Source of the DNA: Neoechinorhynchus agilis
Lineage: Eukaryota > Animalia > Acanthocephala
Assembly: GCA_051530055.1 (NCBI GenBank)
Contig: CM121343.1
Location: 7,038,389-7,102,388, forward strand
DNA: 64,000 nt
Direction of reading: 5' to 3'
Below the pieces are notes generated by a model that worked only from the letters and a program-made list of their open reading frames with translations, had not been told where the DNA came from and did no database searches. Position 1 is the first letter of the stretch. Each line of letters opens with the position of its first letter. The position numbers and the translations under genes were made by a program. Below, in pieces: positions 36,945 through 48,800 of the stretch.

Positions 36945-37938
36945 TGATGACGGATCCGGAGTGGATGGCGGATCCGGTGTGGATGGGCGGATCCGGTGTG
37001 GATGAAGGATCCGAAGTGGATGATGGATCCGGAGTGGATCGACGGATCCGGAGTGGATGATGGATCCGAAGTGGATGATGGATCCGGAGTGGATGATGGA
37101 TCCGGTGTGGATGATGGATCCGGTGTGGATGATGGATCCGGAGTGGATGACGGATCCAGTGAGGATGACGGATCCGGTGTGGATGACGGATCCGGTGTGG
37201 ATGACGGATCCGGAGTGGATGATGGATCCGGAGTGGATGATGGATCCGGAGTGGATGATGGATCCGGTGTGGATGATGGATCCGGAGTGGATCACGGATC
37301 CAGTGAGGATGACGGATCCGGAGTGGATGATGGATCCAATGTGGATGACGGATCCGGTGTGGATGGACGGATCCGGAGTGGATGATGGATCCGGAGTGGA
37401 TGACGGATCCAGTGAGGATGATGGATCCGGAGTGGATGATGGATCCGGTGTGGATGGACGGATCCGGCGTGGATGACGGATCCGGTGAGGATCGACGTAT
37501 CCGGAGTGGATGGCGGATCCGGAGTGGATGACGGATCCGGCGTGGATGACGGATCCGGTGAGGATCGACGGATCCGGAGTGGATGACGGATCCGGCGTGG
37601 ATGACGGATCCGGTGAGGATCGACGGATCCGGAGTGGATGGCGGATCCGGAGTGGATGAAGGATCGTGTGTGGATGAAGGATCCGAAGTGGATGATGGAT
37701 CCGGAGTGGATGATGGATCCGGAGTGGATGATGGATCCGGAGTGGATGACGGATCAAATGAGGATGACGGATCCTTAGTGGATGATGGATCCAGTGAGGA
37801 TGACGGATCCGGAGTGGATGATGGATCCGGTGTGGATGAAAGATCCGGTGAGGATGACGGATCCTTAGTGGATGATGGATCCAGTGAGGATGACGGATCC
37901 GGAGTGGATGATGGATCCGGTGTGGATGGATGGATCCG
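36945..37938. repeat. 18-bp minisatellite (GGATCCGGAGTGGATGAT), about 55 copies
   Basis: Direct tandem repetition with GGT/GGA/AGT and GAT/GAC variants. Confidence 0.97.
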
Positions 37939-39354
37939 TCGTCGGCTGCACTCTTCGGAGACTTGCAGCTAAAATAATATGTAAGAGAGTTTCGCCGAAA
38001 TTGGATGGGGTGTTGAGGCCATTCCAGCTAGGATGTTGCACACCTTGTGGTGCCGAAGCCATTACTCACGCACTCCGCGACCATCTTGAAGTAGCAAAGG
38101 CTCCTTTGGTCGTCTTAAAGTTAGATTTTAAAACCGCCTTCAACTCCTTCCGCAGAGAGAAAATGTTAGATGCCATCAAAGATTTTATCCCTGAAAGCTA
38201 CCCCTGCTTTTTATCAGCCTACTCCAATAAAACCCCTCTCCTATACAACAATCAGATTATTTGGTCCCAATGTGGTGTCCAGCAGGGTGACCCCCTTGGT
38301 CCCATTGGATTCGCGTGTGCAATCAATGAATTGGCACAATCACCAATTTCTCCTTTCAACGGCTGGTACCTGGATGACGCCACACTCAGCGGTGATCCCC
38401 AGGTTGTTTTAGGGGACTTACAAGCTATTATAAGCGAAGCAGAAAACTTGGGCCTCGAACTGAATTTCGAAAAATGCGAAATCCTTTTTCAGGGATTCGA
38501 TGACAGTTCACGTTCGACGATCATCGCAGTTTTTCGGCAAGTTGCTCCCGGAGTGCGCGAGGTTACAAAATGCGAATTTAATCTCCTCGGAAGCCCCATT
38601 TTCGCCGACATGTGAGCTGTCGGCGCACGAAGCCTTCTTCCTTTTAAAGAATTGCCTATACATCCCCAAATTGATGTATAAGCTGAGAGCTGCTCCGTGT
38701 TTCGAGGAGAAAAGAGTTTTATCGGATCTCGACGGGGCTTTACGCTCTTTTTTAAAGACAATTTTAAATGTAAACATTACGGATACGGGCTGACGGCAGG
38801 CTACGTTCCCAACCTCTTTTAGCGGCCTCGGCATCCGCGCAGTGTCGGATTTAGCCCTTCCAGCGTTCCTCGCCCCTTACCGAGCCAGCAAAACGTACGC
38901 GGACTTTCCAACATGAGACAAAACTCCCAACATTATTTGGACGGTTTGTCGATCTGGCAATCCCAAACAGAGATCCCGCACCTTCCGGAAAATGACCACA
39001 AGCAGTCGGCCTGGGACCTTCCCCTCATAAAGAAGATTCACAAATCCTTTAACGATCTTCTCGACGAGGTTCCCCAAGTTCGTCTTGCGGCGTACTCTAC
39101 AAAGGAATCGGGAGCCTGGCTAAATGCTCTCCCCGCCCCGACAATCGGAACTCTTCTAGAGGATTCCACGTTAAGGGTCGTAGTTTCTTTAAGATTGGCC
39201 AGGATATTTGTATCTCGCATCGCTGTCGCTGCGGCTCTATAGTTGAAGCCAATGGCAGACACGGCATCCGTTGTAAAATGTCCAGAGGGAGGTTTCCAAA
39301 ACACTCAGAATTGAACTCAATTTTGAGTAGAGCCCTAGATTCCGTCCACGAGCC
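37939..39354 (+). mobile_element. 5'- and 3'-truncated CRE-clade retrotransposon (RT + start of REL domain), pseudogenised
   Basis: VGCTLRRLAAK, QLGC..GAEA, LDFKTAFNS, GVQQGDPLGP, WYLDD, ESGAWLNALP; internal stops and frameshifts. Confidence 0.9.
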
Positions 39355-39640
39355 CCTTCTTCAGTCCATTGTTTTTGAAGAAAAATTAGAGCAAGAAGGC
39401 GGAAAATTATCAAATAAATTATTATAATTCGCTATAAAAAAGTCTCCTGAAATATTGTAAAGACGTTCATCATTTTAACATTTTAAAGTGAATTATCAAA
39501 TAATTGATTTATTTTTATTTGAAGAAGGCCTTCTTCAGTCCATTGTTTTTGAAGAAAAATTAGAGCAAGAAGGCGGAAAATTATCAAATAAATTATTGTA
39601 ATTCGCGATAAACAAGTGAAAATGATGAACATCTTTACAG
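39355..39640 (-). repeat. Dispersed inverted copy of satellite D (about 1.5 monomers)
   Basis: Reverse complement of the 175-bp monomer; intact palindrome at 39520-39537. Confidence 0.92.
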
Positions 39641-40379
39641 CGATTGTAAGAGAGCTACAATACTATATTGGCTCAAGGCACGTTTGATGAAATCATCAAT
39701 GCAAAACGGTGGTAGAGATACATGCCCTTAAATCTGCCAATATCTTCATCGTTAGTGGATTCTGCATGCTTCACTTGTGACCGGTACAAGTCGTAACCTT
39801 ATGAACATCATCGAGGATGTAATCTTCATACTCTTTATTTATACTTAAGCTAATGAATTTTGGCATTTAAAATCATTGGTTTAAATTATTAAATTGCCCT
39901 GAATACATCTAAACCGTTTTCTCTTATAATAAATTTCTAATTGTTAAGTTGCTCCCAGTAAATTCGCATCATTTTCTCTTTTAATACAATTCTCATTATT
40001 AAATTGCCCTCAGTAAATTTGAACCATTTTCTCATTTAATAAAGTTCTCAATTTGAGAATTAAAATCTCATTAAAACATTCGAAGACTGGGAGTTGTGGT
40101 GATTATATACCTGAATAAAGGACTCACCATAACTCCAACTCAATCATCCCGAAGGATTTTCTGTTTCGACTTGCCGTGGAGAACTGGACGTTTTCAAGGA
40201 GAGGTTACCGAATGTGATTCGATTTGATGTGCCACATCCTTGTTCTTCTTTATTGGAATAAATGACACACTGTCATCCGTGGATAATGAAACGACTTTAG
40301 ATAAATACATTTCCGGACACTTTATCAAGGCGTTCCCCGTGACAATTTATTTGAAGGTAAATTCGTGAACGATTTAGAA

Positions 40380-40540
40380 ACGGAGGAACATCTTTATCTT
40401 CCGTTGCATCGAGGATGCATCCAGCATTCCCTTTCTGATTCTCGGATAAAAATAGTTGGCTGCCAGTGGCGACCAAACATTTTCAAAAACATTGGTTAAA
40501 AGTCGTGTGGTGCTTGATCCGAAGGCATCGATTGTCTATC
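40380..40540 (+). repeat. Dispersed repeat H, second copy
   Basis: Matches 22695-22885 but lacks the GTT tract. Confidence 0.85.
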
Positions 40541-40559
40541 GGGGACCCAAAGATACGAA

Positions 40560-42640
40560 GATCCAAGGGTATGCCAGGGCCCAGAGGTACCGAGAACCCA
40601 AGGGTAATTCTGGGTCTCCAAATTCAATTCCCCCAAGCGCAATACCATTAAAATTTATCTCCTCAAACGCCTCCGACATTTAGGAATCCCTTCACCCGAT
40701 CTCTCCAAATTTTACTTCAGCTTTATGTTACCCGTCCTCACCTACGGTTACCCCGTCTTTTGCAACTCACCCAAATCACAAATCCATCGCCTCTACAGCT
40801 GACTTTCCTTCTCTCGCCGAATACTTTTATAAAATTTTCATAAAACAATCCAAACGCCTCTAAACGCTACGACCACAATTTTTACAACATTTTATTCCCA
40901 TTTTCACACGAGCACAACACTCGTAATCCTAATTCCTTTCATCCTCCTCTACCTCCGCTCCTTTTTCCACGCTGCCCAATATTCTCGGATATCATTACCT
41001 CAAATGAATCTGAGGAAATACCCAACCTCATAAATTCTCCTGCAAACAATATCCGTCAATCTACACCCGAACGGACATCCTCCGACCGGACAATTCCACC
41101 CGAAAGGACATCCGCCGACCAGACAATTCCACCCGAAAGGACAATTCCACCCGAACGGACATCCTCCGACCGGACAATTCCACCCGAACGGACATCCTCC
41201 GACCGGACAATTCCACCCGAAAGGACATCCGCCGACCGGATATTTTCACCCGAACGGACAATTCCACCCGAAAGGACAATTCCACCCGAACGGACATCCT
41301 CCGACCGGACAATTCCACCAGAACGGACATCCTCCGACCGGACAATTCCACCCGAAAGGACATCCGCCGACCGGATATTTTCACCCGAAAAACAATTCCA
41401 CCCGAAAGGACAATTCCACCCGAACGGACATCCTCCGACCGGACAATTCCACCCGAACGGACATCCTCCGACCGGATTCACCCGAAAAACAATTCCACCC
41501 GAAAGGACAATTCCACCCGAACGGACATCCTCCGACCGGACAATTCCACCCGAAGGACATCCCGACCGGACAATTCCACCCGAAAGGAAAGGACATCCGC
41601 CGACCGAACAATTCCACCGGAACGGACAATTCCACCCGAACGGACATCCTCCGACCGGACAATTCCACCCGAACGGGCATCCTCCGACCGGACAATTCCA
41701 CCCGAAAGGACATCCGCCGACCGGGTATTTTCACCCGAAAAAACAATTCCACCCGAAAGGACAATTCCACCCGAACGGACATCCTCCGACCGGACAATTC
41801 CACCCGAACGGGCATCCTCCGACCGGACAATTCCACCCGAAAGGACATCCGCCGACCGGGTATTTTCACCCGAAAAAACAATTCCACCCGAAAGGACAAT
41901 TCCACCCGAACGGACATCCTCCGACCGGGTATTTTCCGAAAAAACAATTCCACCCGAAAGGACAATTCCACCCGAACGGACATCCTCCGACCGGACAATT
42001 CCACCCGAAAGGACATCCGCCGACCGGACAATTCCACCCGAGAAAGGACATCCGCCGACCGAACAATTCCACCGGAACGGACAATTCCACCCGAACGGAC
42101 ATCCTCCGACCGGACAATTCCACCCGAACGGGCATCCTCCGACCGGACAATTCCACCCGAAAGGACATCCGCCGACCGGGTATTTTCACCCGAAAAAACA
42201 ATTCCACCCGAAAGGACAATTCCACCCGAACGGACATCCTCCGACCGGACAATTCCACCCGAACGGGCATCCTCCGACCGGACAATTCCACCCGAAAGGA
42301 CATCCGCCGACCGGGTATTTTCACCCGAAAAAACAATTCCACCCGAAAGGACAATTCCACCCGAACGGACATCCTCCGACCGGACAATTCCACCCGAACG
42401 GACATCCTCCGACCGGACAATTCCACCCGAAAGGACATCCTCCGACCGGACAATTCCACCCGAAAGGAAAGGACATCCGCCGACCGAACAATTCCACCGG
42501 AACGGACAATTCCGCCCGAATGGAGAATCCCCCGACCGGGCAATTCCACCGGAACGGATCCGAATTTTTTGAGCAAATCTTAACTCGGTTGTTCATGAGT
42601 ACCCAAATGAACATGGATCTGATTTCTTAAACACAAAAAC
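40560..42640 (+). mobile_element. APE-type (CR1/L2/Jockey-like) LINE 3' fragment carrying an expanded minisatellite in its 3'UTR
   Basis: About 40640-41075 is nearly identical to the reverse complement of about 54410-54855 (RT C-terminus LPVLTYGYPVF plus 3'UTR). Confidence 0.85.
41063..42560. repeat. 33-bp minisatellite CACCCGAACGGACATCCTCCGACCGGACAATTC with higher-order structure
   Basis: Tandem 16-17 bp subunits forming 33-bp units and 135-bp blocks (41721/41856, 42176/42311). Confidence 0.97.
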
Positions 42641-42953
42641 GTCGAAAAGTAGATCGACGGTTTTCCTCCTTCTTTTTCGGTCTCGGTTATTGGGTGAATG
42701 AGAATAAATTTGTCTTCATCAAAGAGCTACAAAGATTTTGACGACGACGACGGCGATAATGGCACAACGCCGGCGCGATGATTGTCTCGGTCTGAAAAGG
42801 TGATTCGATCCGTCAAGGCGATTACTTCTTCCTGCGAAACATCGCGTCAAAGGACACGCAGCCTCCTCTCTCGCTCGCCATTTATAATTCACAACGCAAC
42901 GCGCGCGCGTGTGTGAGTATTCGTCTTCTTTCACGAACTCGTGATTTCAAGAT

Positions 42954-43358
42954 ATGCTGAGTGCTATTTTCTGTAGACTCGTTTACATCGGTTTTGGCAT
43001 TCTGATTCCTTCGTTCACCACTCTTCGGTTCATCGAAAAGAACCGGCTTTCTTCGAAGGGATCCGCAATCACTGCTGATGACCGGGTGAAGATTGAAGAT
43101 CTTTTATCGTATTGGACACTGTTCGGTGTGTTCAGTATGGCCCAGCTTATTGGAGACATGCTTATTTGGTGGATTCCATTCTATAACCAAATAAAACTAT
43201 TGGCAACTTGCGTATTGGCTACTTGCGGAACTCAACTCCATTTTTCAGTTCATTTAATTTGCTCGGTCGTATCGCCTATCCTCCATTACTCGGAACCAGT
43301 TGCTCGAAGGTTGGAAGATATGGTTGGAATCAATGGACTGATCGCTATCGACCAATAA
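42954..43358 (+). CDS. REEP: Receptor expression-enhancing protein (TB2/DP1/HVA22 family, REEP1-4-like)
   Basis: MLSAIFCRLV..FGILIP, YWTLFGVF and WIPFYNQIKL match the REEP1-4 N-terminal domain. Confidence 0.8.
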   Translation: MLSAIFCRLVYIGFGILIPSFTTLRFIEKNRLSSKGSAITADDRVKIEDLLSYWTLFGVFSMAQLIGDMLIWWIPFYNQIKLLATCVLATCGTQLHFSVHLICSVVSPILHYSEPVARRLEDMVGINGLIAIDQ

Positions 43359-43747
43359 TGATATCGGGAATTTGACCTTTTCTATTGTGCTCTTGTTTTA
43401 ATGTAGAATTATTTCTTATCATCTGCAAATAAATTTTTATTGAATGCTTTGAAAGAAGCGAATAATCAATCGCTCAATGTGGACATGAAAAACAAACATG
43501 AAGTATCGATAAAAACCCAATTTGAAATTCAAGATTCAGGCGCTCCCACATCGTATAGAACAATCTCAATTAAACGATTTTTAACGAAATGATCTACGCT
43601 ACCGAAATTCGTATATACGAAACGGGGTCCGATTTCATCACGAATATTCTCCGCGGTTCCCTCAAGCACGAAAAAGATTCTTAAACAACCTGAAGAAGTC
43701 CTACGAATCAGTCTCCTTTTTTTATAATCGAACAATTTCTTTACGAT

Positions 43748-45783
43748 ATAAATTTCTCAGTTTGAAGATTGAACAAAATTCATGCTTGTTTATATGCCAG
43801 TGAAAAATTAAAAGAATTTATTGAGTCCAATTGTTTTCGGACGCACAATCTTGTTCGCTTTTTGATCAAGGTTGCTAAAATACATAAATTTCTCAATTGA
43901 ACTTACGGGCGTGAATGGTCGATATTTCTATATTCTCTAAGGCCCTGTCTTTTATTCGAAAGGACGTCCCCTTGAGCAAAGATCCAAATTCGTTAGCACC
44001 TTTCTAGAGACTTTGAGCAAGGCCCCTTTCGATTGGAAACACTCAACGCATTGTGTTGACAATACACTCAATTGGACGAACCTGAACAAATAGAATAAAG
44101 AACCTCCATTGATAGTACCTTTGCATATTCTGTACTCAAAGGTTCTCTTTGCGATGAAATCATTCGCCAAATTCTCATCGTTCAGTATATAAAAAGAGCA
44201 TTGAAAACTTTTATATTTTTTTTATTATGCCATCGAATAGCGTTATAGAAACCGTCATAAATTTCTCAGTTTGAAGATTGAACAAAATTCATGCTTGTTT
44301 ATATGCCAGTGAAAAATTAAAAGAATTTATTGAGTCCAATTGTTTTCGGACGCACAATCTTGTTCGCTTTTTGATCAAGGTTGCTAAAATACATAAATTT
44401 CTCAATTGAACTTACGGGCGTGAATGGTCGATATTTCTATATTCTCTAAGGCCCTGTCTTTTATTCGAAAGGACGTCCCCTTGAGCAAAGATCCAAATTC
44501 GTTAGCACCTTTCTAGAGACTTTGAGCAAGGCCCCTTTCGATTGGAAACACTCAACGCATTGTGTTGACAATACACTCAATTGGACGAACCTGAACAAAT
44601 AGAATAAAGAACCTCCATTGATAGTACCTTTGCATATTCTGTACTCAAAGGTTCTCTTTGCGATGAAATCATTCGCCAAATTCTCATCGTTCAGTATATA
44701 AAAAGAGCATTGAAAACTTTTATATTTTTTTTATTATGCCATCGAATAGCGTTATAGAAACCGTCATAAATTTCTCAGTTTGAAGATTGAACAAAATTCA
44801 TGCTTGTTTATATGCCAGTGAAAAATTAAAAGAATTTATTGAGTCCAATTGTTTTCGGACGCACAATCTTGTTCGCTTTTTGATCAAGGTTGCTAAAATA
44901 CATAAATTTCTCAATTGAACTTACGGGCGTGAATGGTCGATATTTCTATATTCTCTAAGGCCCTGTCTTTTATTCGAAAGGACGTCCCCTTGAGCAAAGA
45001 TCCAAATTCGTTAGCACCTTTCTAGAGACTTTGAGCAAGGCCCCTTTCGATTGGAAACACTCAACGCATTGTGTTGACAATACACTCAATTGGACGAACC
45101 TGAACAAATAGAATAAAGAACCTCCATTGATTGTACCTTTGCATATTCTGTACTCAAAGGTTCTCTTTGCGATGAAATCATTCGCCAAATTCTCATCGTT
45201 CAGTATATAAAAAGAGCATTGAAAACTTTTATATTTTTTTTATTATGCCATCGAATAGCGTTATAGAAACCGTCATAAATTTCTCAGTTTGAAGATTGAA
45301 CAAAATTCATGCTTGTTTATATGCCAGTGAAAAATTAAAAGAATTTATTGAGTCCAATTGTTTTCGGACGCACAATCTTGTTCGCTTTTTGATCAAGGTT
45401 GCTAAAATACATAAATTTCTCAATTGAACTTACGGGCGTGAATGGTCGATATTTCTATATTCTCTAAGGCCCTGTCTTTTATTCGAAAGGACGTCCCCTT
45501 GAGCAAAGATCCAAATTCGTTAGCACCTTTCTAGAGACTTTGAGCAAGGCCCCTTTCGATTGGAAACACTCAACGCATTGTGTTGACAATACACTCAATT
45601 GGACGAACCTGAACAAATAGAATAAAGAACCTCCATTGATAGTACCTTTGCATATTCTGTACTCAAAGGTTCTCTTTGCGATGAAATCATTCGCCAAATT
45701 CTCATCGTTCAGTATATAAAAAGAGCATTGAAAACTTTTATATTTTTTCATTATGCCATCGAATAGTGTTATAGAAACCGTCG
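43748..45783. repeat. Four near-identical 509-bp tandem duplicates
   Basis: Identical ORFs recur at 43952, 44461, 44970 and 45479; differences are limited to homopolymer length and a few substitutions. Confidence 0.97.
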
Positions 45784-45874
45784 TATCCAAGAGACTTGTT
45801 GTGCAAGTGCCATTATGCACACAAAAAAACCGCCCGGTGTTCGAAATATGGATTTTAAAACGAGGAAATAATCA

Positions 45875-48800
45875 ATGACCTTGTTTTTGCTTGTTTTAAA
45901 CATCGTAAACGATATAAACGGCGATGTCGCATGCAAAAGGCTATCTCATAATCTCTTTGCCGGTTACTATTCTCAAACAGCCGACGGACTTGAAACTTAT
46001 ATTAAACTCAGTGAGGATTGCACGTATTCAGTTTCAAAGTTCAGACGTGAATCCGGATATGGCACGGCAGTGAAACTTAGCCAACATCAAGTATCCATGT
46101 ACTCAAGCAAGGTGACAAGGATTGATTTCAAAGATAAGTTTGAGGTTCTATATTTCGCAGCAGAAAACAGGTACGCATTTGAATCTTTATACAAATCGAA
46201 GCCCTATTGTGATTTAGATGTCAATTTTGTTTTGCCGTTCTTATACGTTCGGAAAACGTATTGGAATATTTTGAAGGTTTAAGCGTCTAAAAACGACCAG
46301 GCTACCAGCTTACTTCTTAGGAGCGTGTAGTAGCAATAATATGTTTATTAATCAATCGTATTGCATTGTAGACGCTACTCAGAATTCCGAAATATTCTTT
46401 AGTACGGTTCTACTTTTTTATGTGGTGTATTTATTTAAAAAGAAATCAATTATGAGCCTCAACGATGCAATCAAAACCATCTTTATCGAGGATATTTTAA
46501 ACTGGCTTATAGTCTGATCGACTTTGGAGGAAATACTGCCATTTGCAGAACCGCAGGTTCTCGATTGAGCATTTGCCCGCAGATTGGATCAATGTTTTCT
46601 TCAATTGATGAACGATTATTCGTAGAATTAAAAAAATGTGACAATTTTGTTCATTCACAAACAATAAGTATGAACTTATTTAACCTTCGGATAACTACAA
46701 CCTAAGAATAGCTAACCAATTCGTCTGTCTTGGATCATGGCTCACTCTGGATGGACATAGCACCCTTACGGCTTTGGCAGATGCAAATGTCGGTCCGGAT
46801 GAACATTTTAGAAAGTTTAGATGCATGGTTAAAGAAGATGCTATAATTAAAGCATTCTCTAATCGATTTTAAGTAGCTAACTGCCATTAACGAACCTGGA
46901 ATTGTATCAATAAGTTCTCGCGCAACATGCAACGAACTGCTATCAACATCCAACGGACCCATTAAGCTGTATCTCCAAAAAGGTAATAACAATTTGTGTC
47001 TTTTTCTTTCTAAAATCCACTTCCGAACCACGCAATTATGGCAAATTAAAATATCATGTAATTTGCTGTGCCGGGGTGGGATCAATTTTTGATTTCTTTA
47101 ACAAAAGTAAAAATTTTCTATCTCTTTGTCTTAAATTTGACTTCCAAACCGCGATTTTTTGTGAATCTAGGGATCAAATGTATATCACCCTTAAATTTGG
47201 AATTATTGTTGTCTTAATTCTTGTCATTATAATCGGAAACCAAAATGTGAAGCGATTTACTCCAAATGCCGCGATACTCCAAATGCGAGATAAAGGAATA
47301 AAACATTAGATTCATTGCAGTTGTTTTGTTTAAATAATAAGTTCAAAATTAGATACTGGTTGTTTTCTGGCGTAGAAATTAAATTGATTTTATTTTAGAA
47401 TCCGATATTTTGGCACAATCTTGTACGCATTTATCAAGGATAGTGTACTTTCCTCAGAAAACAACCTTAATCAAAAGACGTACAACATTGTGCCTCCGAA
47501 ACCAATCGGATTTTAAAATAAAGTCATTTTAATTTCTACGCCAGAAAACAGCCAATATGAACAATTCAATCTTCAAACAAAATTAGATACGCTGAATGAG
47601 TTTATTTTTCGTTATAAAGTAAATGTTTTCCAAACCAAAATTATCAAGCAGATATTTTGGAGATTATCAAAAGGAATCATGCCTCAAATTTTTAAGCAAT
47701 TCGCCTCGAAATCCACTAATTCTATTACCACATACAAAAAAAAGAATATTTTTGCCGAGACTAATTTCCCAACAGAATATCCGATTGTATTGCAACCAAG
47801 TTGCTTGTTTCCCATTTTCATGCATGGAACGTGGACCAGTCTTCAAAACAATAATCATCGATTTATTATCAATAAAACCCATATAATGGAGGATATAACA
47901 GTCACTTCCGGTGGTGGATGGGCACTTGAGATTGCACATGTCTGCGCGGCTTCTTATTCAGGAAAATATTTGGTTCATACAGCCACAAGAGGACGTTGGT
48001 AAGTCACTTAGAATATTATCCAGCTATGAACTGTTAAGTGGTAGCCAAACCCACTACGGATGCTTTGAGTTCGAAGAATCACTAAGTGGAAATGGTGCTT
48101 TGCTTTACCGCAAAGTAAAACCTTCCATGGTATCCAGGAGTATGTGAAAAGCTTTCAAATTTTCTTTCTTTTGGTAGTTATCCCCACCCGGATTCCAAAA
48201 TTCACTGATGATTTATTTCCCCCATATTTCACCTCTCGGATAATTCTGACATTTTCCCAAGGTTTAACATCTAAAATATGTAAATTCTTTGGATCAGGAA
48301 AATCCTCTCGCGTCGCTCCCCTGTTTGTGCTGCAAGTCGTCGTCCGAGTTCGGCACAAAAGCTTCGTACCGAAGATCCCAGCGCCCCTTGTGTTTCCACG
48401 CCGAAAGGAAGGAAAATGTAATTTTGTTTGAGCTCATTGTATTTCTCCGCTTTCCTCCTTTCGGCGGCACTCGCTGCTCCTCCCGTCTCCGCTAAAGCAT
48501 CTTGCCGGTTGGACAGGGCGAGTGAGTCCACGCATGTTGCGTCCCAAATTAGACTCTTCCCTTCACGAAGCTTTTGTGCCGAACTCGGACGACGACTTGC
48601 AGCACAAACAGGGGAGCGACGCGAGAAGATTTTCCTGATCCAAAGAATAAGCCTCGCAATCCAACGAGGAAATGCGGTCAGCGTCCGGGGGACGATTTAA
48701 TTAAACTTTAGCGCAAAAATGAATAAGAAATCGTACTTTGGAAATATGTAAATTAATCTAATCGATTTGATCTCCGGGTGGGGATAACTACCAAAAGAAA

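Noticed and set aside
36933-37972. Apparent (DDGSGV)n or (IHSGSI)n repeat protein
   Set aside because: An 18-bp repeat is open in several frames on both strands; frameshifts and stops interrupt it, and it lies in TE context
39888-40055. Three degenerate repeats of about 60 bp (ATTAAATTGCCC...TTTTCTC)
   Set aside because: Too decayed and AT-rich to assign a family or function
41056-42614. CRISPR-like array or repeat-protein ORFs
   Set aside because: No unique spacers, no cas genes, eukaryotic context; it is a pure tandem minisatellite
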